This document shows, piece after piece, positions 1-11,783 of a stretch of 64,000 nucleotides of DNA. Location: NCBI GenBank assembly GCA_012295275.1, contig CM022672.1, positions 15,500,001 through 15,564,000 on the forward strand, read 5' to 3'. Origin of the DNA: Chrysomallon squamiferum (Eukaryota > Animalia > Mollusca). The position numbers were made by a program, and so were the translations under genes. Each line of letters starts with the position of its first letter. Position 1 is the stretch's first letter. A model generated the notes under the pieces. It was not told the origin of the DNA. It worked only from the letters and a program-made list of their open reading frames with translations, and did no database searches.

Positions 1-10
1 AATAAAACAG

Positions 11-703
11 TGGCAGCATTGTCCAACAGAAACACTGTCAAGTGGGCCTGTTATGCATGCACCTATGAAAACTGGCCCAAGACGTCGCGCTGCGTCTTGT
101 GTGGGATTCCCAAGGCTGACTCTAATCTGGCAGCTGGTGGAAATGTTGGTGTTTTAAAAGAGACTGATTTCAAGAAGAGGGGCAGGGCGTCGCCAACAGT
201 ATCGCACAGTCTGGACAGCATCGAATCGTATCAAGACGGGGCATCGGCAACTCCGACAACAAGTGACGACAGGAATCGGTCGGAGGAAAGAAAACTGAGG
301 ATGTTGAGAAAGAAGCTGCGAGACAAAGACTGGCTGTGGCTGAATGCTTGCATTGGCGTGGCTGATGGCGACTCTAACGCTGTGCAAGCCTTCATAGCAG
401 CAGGTGGTGACCCAGCACGACAGCTGACACAGGACGAAGTCATCCTTCTCAACAGACCTAGTGCTTTTCAGGTGGGCTACACCATTGTCCACCTGGCCAT
501 CCGATTCAAGAGAGAAGACATGCTGGCAGTGTTGCTAACGGCGACTGATGTGGCAGCAAAGGCTGTGAAGCGTCTCCCCTCACACTCTAGTCCAGATCTG
601 GCAACTGACATCCGACGTGAAATCCTCTCATCTCTCCGTCAGCGGAAAGGCGACTTCCCTTGTTTTTTCCTAGCAGACTGTGTCACGTTTGCACTTCCAA
701 CAG
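11..703 (+). CDS. ZRANB1: ZRANB1 exon (NZF zinc finger + AnkUBD)
   Basis: AG at 9-10; ORF 10..726 encodes NZF and AnkUBD; donor CAG|GTAACA after FALPT, phase 1. Confidence 0.92.
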
Positions 704-3700
704 GTAACAAACTGGAACAAATTTAAAAACTGCAATTACAGTCAGTCGAAATTTATCTGTAATGTGTAAATATGCACTTGTTTTAAATCTGTAGCATGGA
801 TTTTTTGTGATTCTGTGACTTGTGGATATTTTTGTAGAAATTCAAATGCAGCATTTCTGAAGCCATAATATATTTTTATTATTAATATTACAGGATGCGT
901 GATATTCGCTGATTAAAAGTGTTTTGGTTCATGGTAATCAGAATAATCTATATTTTTATATACATCTAATAAGAAAAACCTGTATGAAATCGTTGTAATC
1001 AAGGATTTCAACAAATTCAACATTTTTGGCCATTGTTATTTGACAGTCTTTCTTCTTTTTAAAAAAAAAAATGAACAAATGTGTTTCTTTTATCTGTCTC
1101 ATTTTATTTGAATATTTTTCTCTGGATTAAAGAAATGTAACTTTATTTACAGATATTGAAGATCTGCCCAGACATGTCCAAAGTCAGCTGTTTGATGAAC
1201 TGTTAGACAGAGAAGTACAAAATGGTGAAACACTTTCCACTATTTAGATATTATCTACATTTCTGTTTTAAACTGTACCAGAAAACAAACAGCCTAAACA
1301 AATATGTGTACTTCCTGATATAAGATAATTGCATAATACACTGTAATAAATACACACACACACACACACACTGAATTGCTAGACGTCCTATAGTTACATA
1401 TTAGATATCTAGATGATAATAAAATATAGCAATAATGTATTAAGGCCTAAACAAAAATCCTAATATTTCCCTTTTTTATCAATTTACGTATCATTAATCA
1501 TACATCATTTCAGATCATAATGTTTTTCTGATCAGTCTGAAATACATTTGTTGAACAAAATATATTTATTAATTAAAATTAGATTTTGAAACAAAAAATC
1601 TAATAAATTATACATGTTTAAAATTATTATTACCATATTAGTTTATCAATATCACCATCATCATCATCATTATTATTTTGACGTATTTTGATTACCGTGT
1701 TTTCCTTGTTTGAAATGTCAGAGCTGGAAGTTGAAGAAAACATAGTTAACTGGAGTTTAGAAATCTGTGATCGACTTGGCAGTCGCCTGTACCCTCTGTG
1801 GAACAGGACAGCTGGCGACTGTCTGCTCGACTCAGTGCTGCAGGCAACGTGGGGCATATTCGACATGGACAACGGCTTGAGACGAGCAATGGCAGACAGC
1901 CTCAACGAGGGTGCTATGACGTAAGAAACACTCCGCATTCAGTTTAATTCTTTAAAGTGTTTTTCACTTTTTATCTCTCTCCCTCTCTCTGTCACACAGC
2001 ACCTTTTTTTTAACAGTTCATGTTAAGGAATAACAAATCTCAGAATTATGGATTGTTGTGAGCCAGTTTCCTGAACTAATTTATCAAAGACTGTGGTATA
2101 TGCTTTCCTGTCTATGGGTAGGAGCATGTGAAAGAGCACTTATTGCTGATAATGGAATAGAGTAGCCAATTTCATGGTGACAGTTTTTTCTGCATGGTTG
2201 GTTTATTTAACATTTATATATATATATTTTTTAGCCCCAGAGTTATATGACCATGGCAAGTTTGGGATGCTTTGAGATCATGACCTTAAAGTGTCAAAAT
2301 ATCTCATTTTCTTTGTATTAATAATTAATTGATTATTATTGTAGTTATTAATCATGTTAGTTACCATATCAAAACAAATTAGAATTGTTTTTGAGAACAT
2401 TGTTAAATAAAACACCTTTCCCTTCTTCTTTTTCATTTATACTAATATTATAGTTTTCATTAATTGCATGCTCACACATCTTGTTTAGTCATTGCTCACG
2501 ATGTTAATGACAGAAATGGGTCATTCAAATATAGATAGTGCCAAATATTTGTCTCTTAAACTTTGAAGTACACAATAATTTTTTATAATTTTTTTAGTAT
2601 TCTTGTTTCTTCATTTTTTTCAAATATATATTAATAATATTTTAGAAATATTTGCTGTATCATATAAACAACATATAGCATTATGTACAAACTATTTTTT
2701 ATTATATTTTTTAATATTCAAACCTGGATTTTTAACAATAAATAAATAAAAATAAAAGTGTAGAAGAAAAAAGAAAAAGCAATTTTCATAAATTGTTACT
2801 GTACTTAAAAAGTTTTCTTATTATTATTACTGTTTTTCAATTATTATTATTTTTAGTATTTTTTTAATTTTTTTTTTTAAATTGTTTAATCATGTACATG
2901 TGTAGATATATAGATACATACATACATGCATTTATACATACATATATATAAACCAGATTTTATCCACGATGGAAGGAATATGAGTCCATGCAAGCAAAAT
3001 CTCTTCATTTCTCACTGGATGAAAGTCAGTGGCAACGAGACTGGGAACTCCTGTTATCACTTGCCAGTCAGCCAGGTACTACAGATCCCTAGCATAATCA
3101 TATAGCATCATTACTAAATAGATAAAATATATCTAAAATCTTTTTGTTTTTTTACTGGAAAAATGTAGGTATATTGCAGTTAAATTTATAATCTTTAATG
3201 CATTTAAATCGAATAGGAGTCGTCATACATTTTCATTGAAAGTATGTTGTTAAATATGTGAATATTACAGTTTAGCTAACAATTTACAATATATTTAAAT
3301 TAATCAAAAAATAAAAATGTTCATTGTTAATTTATTATGTATAGTTTTATTTTGTTGATATTCTTTATTAATAGAGAATCACACAGATTTTTCTTCTTTG
3401 TCTAGTTTACCATCTGATTATTATTTCTCTCCTTCTGTCTCTAAATACATTCTTAACTCTTTAAACAAAAAATTGTTATTCAAATGTCAGTGATAATTCA
3501 AGTTTTTTGTAATATATAATATAAGGAATAGTGTAATGATATAAAATTATCAAAACTATTACATTTAAAAATCAGCATCATTAGAACAAATATGTATCTT
3601 TGCTGTCCTCTACATCTCTCTTTCTCTCTAAATATATTTATGACTGTGTTTAAGCAAAACATTATTTAAATATCAATAATAAATCTAAGTTTTAGTAAAA

Positions 3701-5336
3701 CACGAATCTAGGAATACTAAAAAGATATGAAATTAAACTATATATTTGTTTGTTTTTCTGTAGGACTAAAAGGCTATAAAATAATGAAATTGTACTTTTT
3801 ATCATTGTTTTTAATCTGCAGGAGCATCATTAGAACAAACACATATCTTTGCTCTTTCACACATCCTTCGCCGTCCAATCATTGTGTATGGAGTCAAATA
3901 CATCAAGAGTTTCCGAGGAGAAACAATAGGCTTTGCAAAATTTGAAGGTTTGTGTTTTCATTGTTTGTTTTAATAAAAAAAAAAAAAAAAATGTAGTGAA
4001 ATGTTGTATTTCTAGGATTGCAAAGTAAAGACTGTTAGTATTGTTAATGAGATATATTGGTGATGTCAACAATCATTTTTATATCAGAATTTTTTTTTTT
4101 TATTATTATTATTATTATGTAAACTGAAAAAATAAAACAATACAGAATTTAAAAGGAAAACATATTCCCAATATGTGTTTTGAATGAAAGTGTTTTTTTG
4201 TTTTTTTTCACTGCTTCTGCAAGTGTAGTATCTTTAAAGCAATATTAACACAAAGACACTGTTCCTGTTCCTTATACTGTTTTTGTTTCAGTTGGACAAA
4301 TACTTTTTGTATGAAAATCCCCAGAAATTAAACATTTTATCATTTGTATTTGAATAGGTGTCTATCTGCCTTTACTGTGGGAGCAGAGTTTCTGCTGGAA
4401 AACACCCATAGCTCTTGGTTACACCCGAGGCCATTTTTCTGCCCTTGTTCCCATGGAAACAGACACTGATGATGCCATTGGGGCAGGTGCTGACATTGAC
4501 ACTAATGATGACAGCCAGACTGCTTATCTGCCCTTGGTAGATTATGAAGGCAAAAGATTGCCTGTTCATTTTCTAACAGGGTCTGAGGTATTTGTTTTTT
4601 TTATCTACAACTATTCAAAATAAAAAGTTAGGTAAAGTGAAAACTGTATACTTAACATTATTATAAATGTAAATGTTGTTGTAGAGTTGTAAAGAAGACA
4701 GTATACTTAATATTATTATAAATGGAAATGTTGTTGTTATTGTAAAACTGGTAGAGAAGACATTATACTTGACATTATTATAAATGAAAATGTTTTTGTT
4801 GTTATTGTAGATAGGTAGAGAAGACAGTATACTTAACATTACTATAAATGTAAATGTTGTTGTAGAGTTGTAGAGAAGACAGTATACTTAACATTACTAT
4901 AAATGTAATTGTTGTTGATATTGCAGATAGGTAGAGAAGACAGTATACTTAACATCACTATAAATGTAAATGTTGTTGATATTGCAGATAGGTAGAGAAG
5001 ACAGTATACTTAACATCACTATAAATGTAAATGTTGTTGATATTGCAGATAGGTAGAGAAGACAGTATACTTAACATCACTATAAATGTAAATGTTGTTG
5101 ATATTGCAGATAGGTAGAGAAGACAGTATACTCAATGAATGGCTAGACTGCTGCGTCACAAAGGAGGGATTCTGGTTGCCCTGCAGAAACTAGGCAAGCG
5201 CCCACTACTGGTCAAACAGATGGTAGACGAATGGCTGGATCATTATCGGCAGTTGAGTCACGTCATACCCCCTCCCCACCAGACTAGTCTGTCCTCTCAA
5301 AACTTCTCCAGTGACGGGGAGAGTGACCCAGAGTGA
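11..5336 (+). CDS. ZRANB1: TRABID/ZRANB1 OTU-family deubiquitinase, 3' portion (gene starts upstream of window); exons 11-703, 1153-1224, 1722-1920, 2957-3075, 3822-3947, 4358-4587, 5110-5336
   Basis: Spliced translation gives an NZF zinc finger (WACYACTYENWPKTSRCVLC), AnkUBD (DWLWLNACIGVADGD...GYTIVHLAIRFKREDML) and the OTU domain with catalytic Cys (WNRTAGDCLLDS) and His (YTRGHFSALV). All introns are GT-AG with consistent phases. Confidence 0.96.
1153..1224 (+). CDS. ZRANB1: ZRANB1 exon (DIEDLPRHVQSQLFDELLDREVQN)
   Basis: tttatttacAG acceptor, G|GTGAAA donor; matches TRABID DIEDLP...LFDEVLDRDVQ segment. Confidence 0.93.
1722..1920 (+). CDS. ZRANB1: ZRANB1 exon with OTU catalytic cysteine (GDCLLDS)
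   Basis: ORF 1688..1924 contains NWSLEICDRLGSRLYPLWNRTAGDCLLDSVLQATWGIFD; donor AC|GTAAGA. Confidence 0.95.
2060..2428 (+). mobile_element. Decayed SINE-like interspersed repeat
   Basis: gccagt...tggtatatgctttcctgtctatgggtaggagcatgtgaaagagcacttattgctg core and gttaaataaaaca..ttcc tail; related pieces at ~46860-46980, ~47410-47555 and ~50155-50260. Resemblance to a gastropod SINE family is from memory only. Confidence 0.45.
2957..3075 (+). CDS. ZRANB1: ZRANB1 exon (FYPRWKEYESMQAKSLHFSLDESQWQRDWELLLSLASQP)
   Basis: aaccAG acceptor, CAG|GTACTA donor; matches TRABID FYTRWK...FSL.EEQWQEDW...LSLASQPG. Confidence 0.93.
3822..3947 (+). CDS. ZRANB1: ZRANB1 exon (GASLEQTHIFALSHILRRPIIVYGVKYIKSFRGETIGFAKFE)
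   Basis: ctgcAG acceptor, AG|GTTTGT donor; near-identical to the conserved TRABID OTU segment. Confidence 0.95.
4358..4587 (+). CDS. ZRANB1: ZRANB1 exon with OTU catalytic histidine (GVYLPLLWEQSFCWKTPIALGYTRGHFSALV...HFLTGSE)
   Basis: gaatAG acceptor, GAG|GTATTT donor, phase 0. Confidence 0.95.
4628..5132 (+). repeat. ~61-bp tandem repeat (~8 copies) spanning the acceptor of the last ZRANB1 exon
   Basis: Unit aatgtaaatgttgttgatattgcAG|ataggtagagaagacagtatacttaacatcactata; CAG acceptors end at 4926, 4987, 5048, 5109. Confidence 0.95.
5110..5336 (+). CDS. ZRANB1: ZRANB1 last coding exon (IGREDSILNEWLDCCVT / KGGILVALQKLGKRPLLVKQMVDEWLDHYRQL...SSDGESDPE*), with apparent 1-nt frameshift at ~5160
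   Basis: ttgcAG acceptor at 5108-5109. Homology to TRABID EWLDCCVTEGGVLVAMQK...LVTQMVEKWLDRYRQ is split over two frames; stop TGA at 5334-5336. Confidence 0.85.
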
Positions 5337-5345
5337 CCTGTTTAT

Positions 5346-5384
<39 letters not shown>

Positions 5385-8300
5385 GTTATAACTATCCTTT
5401 AGTCGGAGGATGTGTGTTTTTTTCTGTGGTAGTCACCAGCCAATAATTATTAATTCCTTCCATTCATTTAATATAAACTTGACTGAGGGTTTTTTTCTGT
5501 TTTCAAATGGTAAGAATGTTATTTGAGGACGCACAGCAGAAGGGGTTTGTTTTTTGATATTGTGAGATGTATAGAGTGTTGTGAATTTTGTTATATTCAT
5601 TTTGTGAAGAATCCACCAGATTATCATCATCATCATCCCCGTGCTGATGAAATTTTTAATAAATCTAAACAAGGGATTTAAAAATAAATGCTCTCCTAAA
5701 GTAATGTCTTACATCAAAATCGGTTTAATACAAATCAAATCTTTAAAAACCATATATTTAAACTTTTGCTTTCTTTATCTGTAGCAGTGCTTTTTAGGTT
5801 TACAAATAATCATAGAATAAATGTTGGTTTTTATACTGTCATGTCAGGTCTTGCTTAGAATTTTAATTGAAAACTACAGTTTAAACAACGTGCTTTAACT
5901 ACTTACTGCTTTTAAAGCATCACCTCTGAACTGTAAAGTTTTATCAGCACTGGGTAATGGTTTTTTTCTGATATTACATTTAATTAACACATTCATCATT
6001 ACTGATAATTCTATGCAGGAATCACATTATTTCAGGCAGTGAGGGTTTGAATTCCACCTAATATCTTTGGTGATGTTTTAGTCACTGTAATTTGCCTAAG
6101 TTTAAAATGTTTAAGTATAAACCACCAAAGAGAACCCTTGTTAAAATTTGAAATCTCAGTTTTAACATCGTCTGTCAGATTTTTGTTGTCTTGTTACATT
6201 TTATGTTTAATATTATTAAAAAAAAAAAAAAAAAAAAAAATTTTAACAGAGAAACCAATTTTTGTATTTTAATAATTTGAACTTTTTTCTTGTTTTGTTT
6301 TGAGGATAATTAGCTGTAACAAGATAACATTAAAAAAAAAAAGATACTTAAAAAACCTAAACATTTTGTTAAAAAATATTTCACCTTAAGTTATATATTT
6401 AAAATCTTTTAAAATAAATACAATTTTCTTTTTTCTTTCCTTAAATATATGTAATATTACGGTGGTCTTTTTTTTTTTTCCTTCTAATTTTTTATTTCTT
6501 TTTTTTTTTCATTATTATTTACTTTGTTTCTGTTTTTATTTTAAACATTTGAAGAAAAAAAGAAAATAAAATCTATATTCAAAAGCAAATGTATAATTAT
6601 TTCATACAATGTCAACTTTTCACTAATTTTTTTACCTGCTGTTGTTATTACTGTAGTGTGAGGTCACTTAAAATTTAAAAAAATATATAATACTGTTTTT
6701 CTGCAAGAACTATATCTTATTTCTCAAATCTTAAGTTCTCAGTCATTCGGTGTTAACAAATATGAAACAAAGGTTATGTCCCTTAGTTCTTTTCACATTT
6801 AAATATTAAAAGCTTACCTTCAAAATATATTTCCATTCCCTTTTTTTTTTCTCTTAAATGTCATTAATGTAATTATGCATATTTAACATATTCTTCTTTT
6901 CAAATTTAATCTGAGTGAAAAGAAAATGAGATCAGTTATTGCTTCTTTGAGCAGGCTGAGCTAATGTAAGCATTAAAACAATCACAGTGAAACAGATCTC
7001 CAATGGGGCAGTGTTTGGATTGGGAAATATATAAATTAAAAAAAAAAATGCATTAAAATGAAATTATATGTAATCACTTACATAGCATAAGAATTAAACC
7101 TATATATTTTTTTTTAATCAAATATTTAAAATATTTATTTAGTGAATGAAAAAAATAATGCTTTAAAAGCTAATAATACTTGCTAAGTTGTATCCTTTTA
7201 TCCTGAAAGGCAAATAATGACCAGAATAAGGCTACTTTGATTACACTTAACAATAATACGATGTGTAAGTATGTCTTTGTGTGTGTGTGTCTTCTTCATC
7301 GATCGTGTGTGTGTGTGTGTTTATTAAATATTGACTCTGTGTGCATGTTTGCATGCACATGCATACTGCGTTGTGTTATGTACAAATTATAACTTGTCCA
7401 GTTGTACATTTTTTTATAAAAGTTAATTTATTTTATCTCGTACAGCCAGTAGCATTTTGGTTATTATAATGGTTATTAAATTTTATCAGTACTGCCACTA
7501 AAGAGAGCATGTGTCAGTGTGTTTGAAAATCATGGATACGTACGTCACACAGCATGGTTTGATGGTACAAAGCAGTACCTTCTCTCACACAAAATAACAT
7601 ACCAATTTTGAGATTTAAATATTTTTTTTAATTCTCATCCTAAAATCAGTCTACTTAATTTGTGCAGTATTATGCCATAACATGCAACATTTATTATTTT
7701 ATTTACCCATTTTGTTGTCTGAATCATCTTCTTGCAAGTAAAGTGCTGTTGAACATCATTTTCAACCTAATGTTATTCTTTTTAACAATTATATATTTAA
7801 TCTTCTGCAAATGGGGGTGATAAATTTTTGTGTATTTCCAAAACTAAATAACATAATTAAAATCTGTGTTTTACATTTTGTTAATTTTGTTTTCTCTTCA
7901 TTTAGGGAAATAATTTTGTCAAATGTGTCTAATATCCATGGTTTTCATCTGCATCACCACATATCTTCACTGATAATAAAATCTCTTTCATCTGTTAAAT
8001 AGCAGTATAGCTATTATCTTGTTGGTTTTTTCTGTTATATTTATTAAAACAAGAAAAGTAGATAATGCATTTATTTACTGTATTACATACAGTAATATGT
8101 TGGCCCAGTTTTCAGAAATTTTAAAATATTGATGATTTAATGAATATTTTGGCATTCTGGGAATTTCACTTGCAAAAAATAATTTACAAAATGAATTATT
8201 TTGTTGTTGAAATAGATTGAAATACTAAATATGAGATTTTGTTTTATTTCTTTTAAATTTTATTTTTTTTATTTTTGGTAGTGGAAATAATGTATGTATA

Positions 8301-8825
8301 ACATTTGTTTAGATTAGGTCAAATGTTCATGTTTAGTTTTAAACAGTTAAACAGATTTCTAATGGTATTATTTTTAAAACTATTTATATTTTAAAAACAT
8401 TTTTTAATTTTTTTATGTTTATTTTTTTTTTTTTTTTTTTTCGCTAGTAATAACATGTAATTTGCCTTCAATGATGTACTTTTATATTTTGATTTTTAGT
8501 TGTTCTTAGGGTAATTTGCTTGTTCTTTTTTCAAATATATAGTAAATGTTAATAACTAATATTGTTTTGGTGTTTACTATTTACTTTTAATTTATTAGTC
8601 TGTTTAAGTGCTCATTATTGCTTTGATTTCATGATTTTTTTATTATTATATATATATATATTTTTTTTTATTTGTTGGTTTTGTATATTAGGTTTTTGTT
8701 TTTTTCCACTTGCCTTTATTAATATTCAAACTCTTTCTCCATATATATACATATACACACACACATACATACATACATACACATACATGTATATAATTAA
8801 TACTGAACTTTTCTTTTATACATGG

Positions 8826-8872
<47 letters not shown>

Positions 8873-10459
8873 AATTCTTAAGTAAATTAATAAACAAAAT
8901 TACTTACCATAAATTTTCAAAACACTCTCTTCCACAACAAACACAGGTCTGCCTTAGACAACAAATTATGTTTTAAAAAGTGTAGCAGTTAATTTGTAGT
9001 GTATCAGTATTACTTTGACAACGTTGACTGTAATCTCACTTTGTATCTCAGGGTGCTGTTGTAGATGTTTGATAAAAAATACTTGTTAAATTAGAATATC
9101 ATTGTCAGTTTAAAGATGTTACGGTGTGTGTGTGTATATACATATATATATATATATATATACACACACATATACATATATATATATATGTATGTATATG
9201 TATATATAGATATATATATTATCTTGATTTTTAAAATGAATTACAAAATTTTCTGTTGAATTTTTCTTTTTTTTATCCTTTTAATTTTGTAATTTGTAAC
9301 AACAACAGATATAGTTATTCTCTTATTTATTTATTTATTTATTTAGTTATTTGTTAGTTTATTATTTTATTATTATTATTGAAATTCAAATCTGAATTCC
9401 AAAGTAATGAAGCAATTTAAGTAAAGTAAAAATTATTAAATACAACATATTTAATTTGTTATTAATGTTGAATTTTTTTTTTTTTTAATTCCAGGTAATC
9501 AAGCAATTTAAATAAGATAAAAATTGTTTAATAAAAAAAATGAGTGATTATGGTAACTGTATTTATGAAATAGTTCTAAACCCTGCAGCGCATAATTCAT
9601 GATCCATTCACAAACAATATTAATTTTGATCTCAGACATATTTCTTTCCATTGTAAGTAGAGTACAGATTAAAATATACCTACAGACTTACAAACAAAAT
9701 GGTCTAATAAAATACTCTATGCTTCTAAGTTGTCTTTTTACTGTACTGACCTAACATCACTGATAACGGAGTGTGACAGTTAAATAATACTGTTACAAAC
9801 CATCAGAACACTCCATTTTTATCTCAACAGGACTGAATTCATGATGTCAAGTATTATTTCTGACAACACTAGAAAAGAAACCAGAACAAATGGGTCCACA
9901 TTGTGTGCAGTGACATTGATTTAAGGCTCTTGGTTTTTGGGGTTTTTTTTGTTATACTTTGTTATTAGTTAAGACTGAACAGCTAAAAATAAAACAACCT
10001 GGAAGTTATAGGAATATAGGAGAATACTTATTGTATAATCAAAGGTACATTTTAATTATTTTTTTTACAGTTAAATATAACTAGATATACTGTTATTATT
10101 CAATGAAAGAAATTCATTAGTAATTACACTACAATTTATTATATATTAATCTCGTTTAAGCATTAAAATGCTTTTAACCAAGAATTCGCACAATCTGTTA
10201 TTCCATGTAATGGAAAAACCTTTTCTGTTTCATTTTTTCTTTTCTTTTAATTTATATTTCACTTTTTTCTTTTCTCTTTTCTTTTTCCCCATTATAATTA
10301 CATTATTTTATAAAGTCATATTCTGTTTCTCCAGACTAGAAATAAGTAAATCTTTTCTGTTTAAAGTGCACCTGCATTTGTTGTAGAAAAGCTGCCATAT
10401 TTATCAATGGACATATTTTTATTTATTAGTAGTAATTTTTGGTTGTTTTACTGTTGTTG

Positions 10460-10505
<46 letters not shown>

Positions 10506-11741
10506 CATATTTATTTTTTTTTTTATTTATCTGTTGAATGTGATATTGTAATTTTCAAAAAAAAAGGGAAAATGGCAGCTTAATTTTTTAATTTTTTTTT
10601 TCATCACAATTTTATATTATCACATTCTGTTAACAGCACAGACATATAAAATATAAAACATTTATTTGGACCTGAAAAAAAATATACAGGATTATAATAC
10701 CTTAAATGAATAAACAACAAAACCCATCAAAACAATATATATATATATATATATATATATTTAACATGTTTTGAGTATTGTAAATACATAACTGTAGTAC
10801 GAGTTGTACTTCATGAAAAATCATTTGGAAATAATATTTTATGCTCTGTATTAATTTAAGTTAAGGATTATAAAGCTCATATCAAAAATTAATAATCACT
10901 TGTAAGTATAGAAAATATATTAAGAATCCAGGATTGTACCACAAGGAGTCTATTTTATGAAGAATTAATTGAAAGTAGACAAAATACATTTAAGCTTTAT
11001 ACTAATTTATACTGAGAATTACAAAACTTTAAGTGGAAAAAACTAATCACTTGTAGATATTTATTAAATCAGTGGGATGTAGTTTTATCAAAGATCTTCT
11101 GGAAATAATCACAAATTATTAAGTATAAATATACTGAGATGTTTGTTATGTCAGATCTACACTTTGAGGCATTTTTTTCTTCTTCTTTCATGACTGCATG
11201 AAATCAGATGCTGTTTTTCATTAGTTTTGTTAACGAATGCACTCCCTCTCTAAATTTATATACACAAATATATATTGTATGTCTAATTTTTGATGTTCCC
11301 TTGTAACATTTACAAGTTTGAAGTACAATTATTTTTCTCTTCATTTTAAATTTCATTTTGCAGTATGTATTGCATGATTGTAAACTAGCTGTTTTTGTCG
11401 GTGAATCGTTTTAATGTTTTGTTATCAGATGTAAATGATAATTTAATGATTTTCCCCACATTATTTAAAGTGTGCATCTGTGGGTTTGAATAAATAGAAT
11501 TTTCTTCGTATTTCCGGGTTATTGATGTGGGCAACTTAATATGAATCAAATCCAAACAATACTGCTACAAAACATCTACCACCACCATTTCTATCCCTAT
11601 GCAAGTGGAGTTGTGACATCAGATATCTGTATTGTTGCTGTTGATTTTTATTGGGGAGTTTTTCTGACAGTGCTGGAAGGAACTGAAGTAACACTCCTCC
11701 CTAGCAATGCCCAGATATTCATAACTTAGAAGTATGCAGAA

Positions 11742-11783
<42 letters not shown>

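Noticed and set aside
154-492. Antisense ORFs over ZRANB1 exons (also 1630..1938, 4372..4569) and over MGAT2 exons (34327..34716, 40290..40559)
   Set aside because: Shadow frames of real exons; no independent homology.
4588-5109. Intron gain by tandem duplication of an AGGT-containing segment
   Set aside because: The donor region (GAG|GTATTT) is not part of the repeat unit, so the intron predates the array.
5049-5140. Use of the penultimate decoy acceptor (61 nt upstream) to compensate the ZRANB1 frameshift
   Set aside because: It enters the right frame but hits TAG at 5115-5117 and a second stop (TGA) at 5136-5138.
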